Assembly: GCA_964575955.1 (NCBI GenBank) | Contig: CAZNTG010000006.1 | Span: 32,001 to 96,000, forward strand | DNA from: an uncultured Thermoproteaceae archaeon | GTDB lineage: Archaea; Thermoproteota; Thermoprotei; Thermoproteales; Thermocladiaceae | Direction: 5' to 3' | DNA: 64,000 bases | In this document: piece by piece, positions 57,795-64,000 of the stretch | Numbering within the stretch: the stretch's first letter is position 1 | How the letters are laid out: the number at the start of each line of letters is the position of its first letter | Program-made: the position numbers and the translations under genes | The notes under the pieces: generated by a model | Told to the model about the DNA's origin: nothing | Databases searched by the model: none | The model's input: the letters and a program-made list of their open reading frames with translations, nothing else

Positions 57795-59678
57795 GTGACA
57801 AAGATATCACTAATAGAAAGATATTTTCCATATAGTAGATGGAGAAGATTTCAGAAAGAGATAGCTGAGACAGTTTACGATGGATTAATAGACTGTGGAA
57901 TAGTCCTAATAGAAGCACCAACAGGGATTGGGAAGACAAGCTCAGTACTTTCAGGAGCATTAGCATATGCTGAAGAGACAGATAGAAAATTGATATATCT
58001 AATAAGAACTAAAAGTGAAGCACAGGCACCACTTAGAGAGATAGATAGATTGAAGAGTAGAGAGATATACATACCATACACACTTATAAGAAGTAGATTA
58101 GATATGTGTTGCATGATTGAGAATAGAAAGATACCGTATGACGAATTCTTAGAAGAATGTAGATATCTCAGATATTCAGGAAAGTGTCAATACTACATAA
58201 ATGCTCAAAAAGTAGATATAGATGACATAATATTAAGAGTACAGGAACTAGATGCAAGACCAGAAGAGTTTTTAACATTTATGTGCAATAACGCACTATG
58301 TCCATATGAGGTTGCTAAGAGAATGATTGAGAAGTCTAGAATAGTCATAATGACATACCACTACATATTTAGTATGAATATAACTGAGACACTACCAATA
58401 AATCTTGAAGATTCTATATTAATAATAGATGAAGCACACAATCTGCCAAATATAATAATTGATGCAAACTCCTTCTCAATTAGTGAAATAACTATAAAAT
58501 CATGTATAAGTGAGGTTAAGAAGTACATATCGAGTGAAGATAAGAAGAATAGAACTGTGAAAGTTCTTAAAGATATACTAGCATATATGAAGAAGTTTAA
58601 AGAGTTGAAAACTTATGAAGAACTTGAGAGAAGTTATATACAGATTGATGTGTCTGATATATTATCACTATTTGAAAATATTGATATTATTAGAGAAGCA
58701 TATCTAGAAGTTATTAGTAAGAAGAGAAGTTCTAGTGTTGGTATACCATTCTCATATCTTTATAGAATATTAGATTTTCATAGAAAATTAATGAATATAG
58801 GTTCTCAATTTGCAGCATTTATAACATGTAATGAAGGTATTTTAGAAATCTCATGTAGATGTCTTGATCCAGCTGTTATAAGTTCTAAAATTTTTGATAA
58901 AATTGCAGGTGCTGTATTGATGAGTGGTACATTACCGCCAACAGACTATATTAAAAGCATGTTAGGAATATATAGACATGTTAGAGAATTGAGAATACCA
59001 TTTAGAGATTATGTTGGTTCTAGTAATATTGAAGCTGTGATATATACAGAAGTAACTACTAGATACAGTGAGAGATGTGAAAATATGTATAGTAGAATTG
59101 GTAAAGTACTTTCAGAAATTTATAGAAATGTTAAAGATGGTGCAATACTTAGTGTATTTCCATCATATACAGTATTGAAGACTGTTAGAAGATATATAGA
59201 TAGCGATGTTGATTATATTATGGAAGTATCATCAACAACAATATCTCAAGTATTAGATAGATTGAGAGAAAATCCACACATCTTGATAATGGCTGTTGCA
59301 GGTGGTAAACTTATGGAAGGTGTAGAATTTAAGATTGATGGTAGAAATATTTTGAAGTCTGTAGTTATTGTAGGTGTACCATATCCAGAACCTAACGATT
59401 TTCTAGAAATGTTTAGAGGTATAGTAAGTACAAGATTAGGATCTAGCGAACTTGCATGGGAACTTGTATATATGTGGAATGCTTTAATGAAAGTTAAACA
59501 AGCTATAGGTAGAGCTATCAGATCTGAAAATGATAGAGCTTTCATAATATTGATGGATCGTAGATATCTAGATTCTAGACTTAGAAAATTTATAGAAGAT
59601 TATTTAGGAAATGTTGAAGTTACTAACAATATTGACGATATGTTAGTTAGATTAAGAAGATTTCTAAACTCCAACTGA
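57795..59678 (+). CDS. XPD/Rad3/DinG family Fe-S DNA helicase
   Basis: EAPTGIGKT, Fe-S cysteines including CPYE, DEAHN, SGTL, QAIGRAIR. Confidence 0.93.
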   Translation: MTKISLIERYFPYSRWRRFQKEIAETVYDGLIDCGIVLIEAPTGIGKTSSVLSGALAYAEETDRKLIYLIRTKSEAQAPLREIDRLKSREIYIPYTLIRSRLDMCCMIENRKIPYDEFLEECRYLRYSGKCQYYINAQKVDIDDIILRVQELDARPEEFLTFMCNNALCPYEVAKRMIEKSRIVIMTYHYIFSMNITETLPINLEDSILIIDEAHNLPNIIIDANSFSISEITIKSCISEVKKYISSEDKKNRTVKVLKDILAYMKKFKELKTYEELERSYIQIDVSDILSLFENIDIIREAYLEVISKKRSSSVGIPFSYLYRILDFHRKLMNIGSQFAAFITCNEGILEISCRCLDPAVISSKIFDKIAGAVLMSGTLPPTDYIKSMLGIYRHVRELRIPFRDYVGSSNIEAVIYTEVTTRYSERCENMYSRIGKVLSEIYRNVKDGAILSVFPSYTVLKTVRRYIDSDVDYIMEVSSTTISQVLDRLRENPHILIMAVAGGKLMEGVEFKIDGRNILKSVVIVGVPYPEPNDFLEMFRGIVSTRLGSSELAWELVYMWNALMKVKQAIGRAIRSENDRAFIILMDRRYLDSRLRKFIEDYLGNVEVTNNIDDMLVRLRRFLNSN

Positions 59679-59693
59679 TAACCTCAACCCAAC

Positions 59694-60221
59694 CTATTCC
59701 GAAGTTGATGTTTCTCTCTTCTCTTCAGGTTTTTGCAATATCTTACCTTGCTGAGTAGCTGTTGGTGGTCTTATTAATGCTTCAGCTGTTGGTGATGGAG
59801 TTGGTGGTCTTCTCTCAGGTTTTACCTGTGGTTGTGTTGGTATTGGCTGTTGATATGGAGTAGATTGCATTGTCTGAGTCTGTGGTATTGGTGGTCTAAC
59901 CATTTGTGGATATTGTGGTTGTTGATATGGTTGGTATGGCGCTACATATTGTGGAGGTGGTGGTTGAACTTGATATTGAGGATATGGTTGTCTTCTCTGC
60001 TGTATCTGTCTTATCAATATTACCTGAATTGCAATTACTATAGATAGTAGACATATTATCAATATGTCTATTATAGTCTGCATGTATACTCCATACGCCA
60101 TATATGCTGTATTGTAGAATGATAAGGTTACTAATGATAACACTATCCCAATGACAGCAATTACGGCAGCTGCAATTAGTAGTGCTATATATCCTCTACC
60201 TTCTCTATACGGAGTATACAT
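59694..60221 (-). CDS. Two-TM membrane protein with Pro/Gln/Tyr-rich low-complexity tail
   Basis: Two hydrophobic helices then QPYPQYQVQPPPPQY... Confidence 0.8.
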   Translation of the reverse strand: MYTPYREGRGYIALLIAAAVIAVIGIVLSLVTLSFYNTAYMAYGVYMQTIIDILIICLLSIVIAIQVILIRQIQQRRQPYPQYQVQPPPPQYVAPYQPYQQPQYPQMVRPPIPQTQTMQSTPYQQPIPTQPQVKPERRPPTPSPTAEALIRPPTATQQGKILQKPEEKRETSTSE

Positions 60222-60363
60222 CCATATCCACTACCATGACAGTATATATGAAGATTTTATACTTGTCGGTCATTAAATACTTGATACTTGATATATCCAA
60301 GTTTTAATGTAGATTCTACAGATTTGAGATAGTTTTATAATTCTAAAATACAGACCTAGACAT

Positions 60364-62004
60364 GTGTTATCACTTCAATCTCTACTTAACAAAGTTGGAG
60401 TTGAAATATCGCCAGACATAGTAAATAGGATTAGAGAACTTTCAAGAGAAAGAGAGTTGAAAAAGGGTGATGAATTCCCAATACCTGCAGGAACGTTAAT
60501 AGCAATACTTGACGGTATAGTTGAGATAAATGGAGAATTAAACTGTGTTGGAGATTTACTATACTGTGAAGATACTATAGATTTAAAATGTATAAGTAGT
60601 AATTGTGTATTGTTAGAGATAGATAAAGAGGTAATGTCTATAATACCAGAAAATATTAGAGATAAATTAATAAGATTTTCAAAAGTTATTAAAAGTGAGG
60701 AATACATACCTGTAAAACTATTTGTAAAGAGAATACCAATAACACTTAAGAAAGATGCAACATTGATAGAAGCTGCTAGGATAATGTATGAGAAGGGTAT
60801 TAGCTCTGTAATACTTGTAGACGATGAAGATAGACCAATAGGAATAGTTACAGATTCAGATTTAAGAAGAGCACTTGCACTTGGTGTAGATCCAAAAACT
60901 AGATTAGGAGAATTTAGTTTAAAACAGGTATATGTAGCTCAAGAAGATGAACCACTAAATATAGCTCTTGAGAGAATGCTTGTACATGGTGTTAAACATC
61001 TAGTAATTGTTGATAATAATGGTAGAGTTAGTGGAATGGTAACTGCTAGAGATCTACTAGATGCATATACTGCAGTTCCACTAGCTCTCTTAAGAGAACT
61101 TCAGAGAGATTTAACTGTAGATGATGTGAAAACAACATATTCAAGAATAATAAAACAGGTAATAAATGTATCTAAAGAACGTAGTATAGATATTTTAGAA
61201 TTTTCAAGAATATTCTCAATAGCTAAGATATTGCTAATACGTAAATTATTAGAAATTGAGTGCAAAGCTATTCAGGAAGAGTGTACAGTATTTATAGAAA
61301 TACCACTAGCAACATATAGTCATGTTATTGGTGAACCTGTAAGACTATACATAATATCTGAAAGTTATGAAAAGATAAGTGATCAAGTACTTAGACTTAG
61401 AACTGACATATCGAGAATTCCAGATGTAAGTGAGACCTTAAGTGTAGAGACATATACTTATGAAGATGTTAAGAATAATGTAGAGTTATTAACAAATATT
61501 GAAGTATTTTCAAGATATTTATGGGGTAGTAAGTTTAGTATCGATATTAATGATGAGATATATGCAAACATCATGCGAAGATTAGCAAGAATATGTGCTG
61601 AAATTGAAATACCTCTAGACATGTTTGGTAAGATAAAAGTGAAGACTTTAGACATTGCTAGACATATAGTAATTCCACTAGAGAGAATGTTAGCAATGCT
61701 ACACTACGTATGTATGGGTAGTCGTGTAAAAGTTAGACCACATAGAGCAATACATATGCTTCATGAGAGAGGACATATAACAGAGGAAATTGTTGAAGAT
61801 CTATTCTTCATATACTTCCAAATTAAGAATCTACTAATTAAGACATGTGTAAACAACTACCTAACTAGAGGTGAGATAAGTACTGAAGTTAAGATTGATG
61901 AAATACCTGACACTGAGCTAGATATAATTCGTAGAGGATTGAGAGTGTTGAAGGAGTTGAAAGAGAGGACTCTCTCAATAATAACTAGGTATGTTGTTGT
62001 GTAA
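60364..62004 (+). CDS. cNMP-binding plus CBS pair plus degenerate DUF294 nucleotidyltransferase protein
   Basis: LKKGDE...ILDGIVEI; CBS GIVTDSDL, GMVTARDL; C-terminal LDMFGKIK..LDIARHIVIPL resembling DUF294_C. Confidence 0.75.
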   Translation: MLSLQSLLNKVGVEISPDIVNRIRELSRERELKKGDEFPIPAGTLIAILDGIVEINGELNCVGDLLYCEDTIDLKCISSNCVLLEIDKEVMSIIPENIRDKLIRFSKVIKSEEYIPVKLFVKRIPITLKKDATLIEAARIMYEKGISSVILVDDEDRPIGIVTDSDLRRALALGVDPKTRLGEFSLKQVYVAQEDEPLNIALERMLVHGVKHLVIVDNNGRVSGMVTARDLLDAYTAVPLALLRELQRDLTVDDVKTTYSRIIKQVINVSKERSIDILEFSRIFSIAKILLIRKLLEIECKAIQEECTVFIEIPLATYSHVIGEPVRLYIISESYEKISDQVLRLRTDISRIPDVSETLSVETYTYEDVKNNVELLTNIEVFSRYLWGSKFSIDINDEIYANIMRRLARICAEIEIPLDMFGKIKVKTLDIARHIVIPLERMLAMLHYVCMGSRVKVRPHRAIHMLHERGHITEEIVEDLFFIYFQIKNLLIKTCVNNYLTRGEISTEVKIDEIPDTELDIIRRGLRVLKELKERTLSIITRYVVV

Positions 62005-62010
62005 AAATAT

Positions 62011-62922
62011 ATGGTTAAGATTGGAATACTTACAAGAAATCCAAATGGATGGGCAACACAACAACTTAGAAAAGCCGCACTCGAACTTGGATATCAAATA
62101 ACAACATTTAGATTTAGAGATCTATCAGTTAAGATTGAGAGTGATAATGTAGAAGTATATTTTAGAGACACTAAGTTGAAAGATGTTGTAGATATTGTAC
62201 TTGTAAGACCAATAGGTAAGTGTAGTCTTGAACAGGCAATATATAGGATGGATCTACTACACTTAATTAAAGAACTTGGAATATATGTTATAAATGATCC
62301 TAAAAGTATAGAAATTGCAATTGATAAATTTAGAACATTATACATACTTGCTTTAAATGGGTTAAAAGTTCCATATACAATCGTTACAGAGAATGAGTAT
62401 AGGATATATGATGTTGATAAAATTCCTGAAAGATTAATTATAAAACCTCTATTTGGATCGAGAGGACATGGAGTATTTAGCATATCTAATATGGGTAATG
62501 TAGAATATTTTAGAGATTTTATATGGAGAATATGTTTCTACCTAACTAGTATGAGGAGTGTAGTATATATTCAAGAACAGGTATCTACAAAAGGTGAAGA
62601 TTATAGACTTCTAGTAGTTGGTGATAGAGTTATAGCTGGTATGTTAAGAAAGTCTGAGGTTGGTTGGAAAACTAACATATCTGTAGGTGGTAAACCAATA
62701 CCTCTCAAGAAAATTCCTAAAGAAGTTGAAGATATGGCATTAAAGGCTTGTAAAATTATTGGTTGTGAAATTGCTGGTGTTGATATAATTAGAGGTGATG
62801 ATGATAATTACTACATACTTGAACTAAATACTCAACCTGGCTGGAGAGGTCTTCAACAATGTACTAATATTGATATTGCGAAAGAAATTATAAATTACTT
62901 AGCTGAGAAAGTTAAGAAATGA
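62011..62922 (+). CDS. RimK-family ATP-grasp alpha-L-glutamate ligase (MptN/CofF-like by context)
   Basis: DKFRT, IKPLFGSRGHG, YIQE, DYRLLV, WKTNISVGG, AGVD, LELN; overlaps ftr start. Confidence 0.88.
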   Translation: MVKIGILTRNPNGWATQQLRKAALELGYQITTFRFRDLSVKIESDNVEVYFRDTKLKDVVDIVLVRPIGKCSLEQAIYRMDLLHLIKELGIYVINDPKSIEIAIDKFRTLYILALNGLKVPYTIVTENEYRIYDVDKIPERLIIKPLFGSRGHGVFSISNMGNVEYFRDFIWRICFYLTSMRSVVYIQEQVSTKGEDYRLLVVGDRVIAGMLRKSEVGWKTNISVGGKPIPLKKIPKEVEDMALKACKIIGCEIAGVDIIRGDDDNYYILELNTQPGWRGLQQCTNIDIAKEIINYLAEKVKK

Positions 62923-63878
62923 TCACAATTGATGAAGTTTTAAGTAAGATAGATGACACGTTTGCTGAAGCATTTCCAATGTATGTGTCTAGAGTATTAG
63001 TCACTGCTGATAGTAGGAAGTGGGCACTTATAGCTGGTAAATTAGCTACAGGTTTTGCAACATCAATAATATTATCACCATGTGAAGCAGGTATTGAAAA
63101 GCTTGTAAGTTCAAAATCAACACCTGATGGTAGGGTTGGAGTATTATTACAATTTTGGCATAGTGATCTAACAAATCTAAAACTTCAACTGATATTAAGA
63201 TTAAGTCAGGTGGTCTTGACATGTCCAACAACTAGAGTATTTGATGGTCTTCCTAAAAGTAGAAGAAAATTCACAATTGGTAAAAGTATTGCAAGATTTG
63301 GAGATGGATTTGAATATGAAGCTGAGATTTTTGGAAGAAAAATGTGGATTATACCTGTAATGGATGGAGAATTCATGATTGAAGATAAGGTAGGAGTAGT
63401 TAAGGGTGTTGCAGGTGGTAACATAATCATACTAGGAAAAGATAGGAGAGGTACACTAGAAGCTGCGTATAGAGCAGCAAGAGCAATTCAAAGAGCAGGT
63501 CTTAGAGTAATACTTCCATTCCCAGGTGGAGTATGTAGAGCAGGTTCAAAACCTGGATCTAGAGTATATAAGAAGGTTAAAGCTACAACAAATCACCCGT
63601 TCTGTCCAACACTAAAAGATAAGATACAAGATACGAAACTTACAAAAGATGTTGAATGTGTATATGAGATAGTCATAAATGGACTTACTGAAAGAGATGT
63701 AAAAATTGCAATGGGTATAGCAGCAATAGTAGCATCAAAACATGAATCAGTGATTAAGATTACATGTGGAAACTATGGAGGAAAATTAGGACCATACAAG
63801 ATATTTCTAAAAGATGCTATTAAGGAAGCATTAGAAAACTATAGAGATTTACTAAATAGACTTACAACCTTAACATAA
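62919..63878 (+). CDS. ftr: Formylmethanofuran--tetrahydromethanopterin N-formyltransferase
   Basis: IDDTFAEAF, TGFATSII.SPCEAGIE, TPDGRVG, LTCPTT, FGDG, PVMDGEF, GVAGGN, ATTNHPFCPTL, EIVING, GNYGGKLG. Confidence 0.96.
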   Translation: MITIDEVLSKIDDTFAEAFPMYVSRVLVTADSRKWALIAGKLATGFATSIILSPCEAGIEKLVSSKSTPDGRVGVLLQFWHSDLTNLKLQLILRLSQVVLTCPTTRVFDGLPKSRRKFTIGKSIARFGDGFEYEAEIFGRKMWIIPVMDGEFMIEDKVGVVKGVAGGNIIILGKDRRGTLEAAYRAARAIQRAGLRVILPFPGGVCRAGSKPGSRVYKKVKATTNHPFCPTLKDKIQDTKLTKDVECVYEIVINGLTERDVKIAMGIAAIVASKHESVIKITCGNYGGKLGPYKIFLKDAIKEALENYRDLLNRLTTLT

Positions 63879-64000
63879 TCATCTAACGTATCAATATCAA
63901 TAATATCGTTAAGATCAAATATTGGTAAACTAGTCCAAGATAGCTCTTTACCAAAAATACACCTATCAGCATATACTAGACTAACATTACTAACACTACC
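63839..64000 (-). CDS. Partial (C-terminus) NTP-transferase, MobA/CobY/CofC-like
   Basis: ...PIFDLNDIIDIDTLDDYVKVVSLFSKSL*; DIDTxDD C-terminal motif. Confidence 0.55.
   Translation of the reverse strand, partial: GSVSNVSLVYADRCIFGKELSWTSLPIFDLNDIIDIDTLDDYVKVVSLFSKSL

Noticed and set aside
62011-62922. LysX/ArgX assignment
   Set aside because: No lysW or lys/arg cluster adjacent; coupling to ftr favours a coenzyme glutamate ligase, though LysX/ArgX is not strictly excluded
1561-63430. Many short ORFs in the track antisense to or nested in real genes (e.g. 2013-2462, 36399-37037, 53701-54207)
   Set aside because: Shadow frames of well-supported genes; S/I/L/F-rich with no motifs
1-64000. CRISPR array or cas operon linked to the CARF-like gene
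   Set aside because: No regularly spaced repeats or recognisable cas genes seen in the window

Overview
AT-rich chromosomal window from a crenarchaeon, most likely Thermoproteales-like (PolB3, eS30, scattered r-protein genes, split transketolase, many C/D box sRNAs). It is mostly housekeeping: topoisomerase VI, KEOPS subunits, ribosomal proteins, DnaG, PolB3, TFB, Gar1, SRP19, GatD, XPD, SufCB, IDH, PyrE, ArgH, a WtpABC tungstate transporter and type IV pilus genes. I found several features absent from the ORF track: six C/D box sRNAs, tRNA-Leu(GAG), rps30e and two edge-truncated ORFs. The most notable items are: (1) a 615-aa fusion of a degenerate aldehyde:ferredoxin oxidoreductase (AOR/FOR)-like region to an intact 3-hexulose-6-phosphate synthase, in a window that also carries ftr and an MptN-like ligase of the H4MPT/methanofuran C1 pathway; (2) a tRNA-adjacent conjugation-like (Ted/Ced-type) locus with a VirB11-like ATPase, a VirB2-like pilin, a large membrane protein and an eroded ATPase-like ORF; (3) an orphan degenerate Csx1-like CARF protein; (4) transporters inserted between normally adjacent subunit genes. 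All family calls come from reading motifs by eye; no database searches were run.
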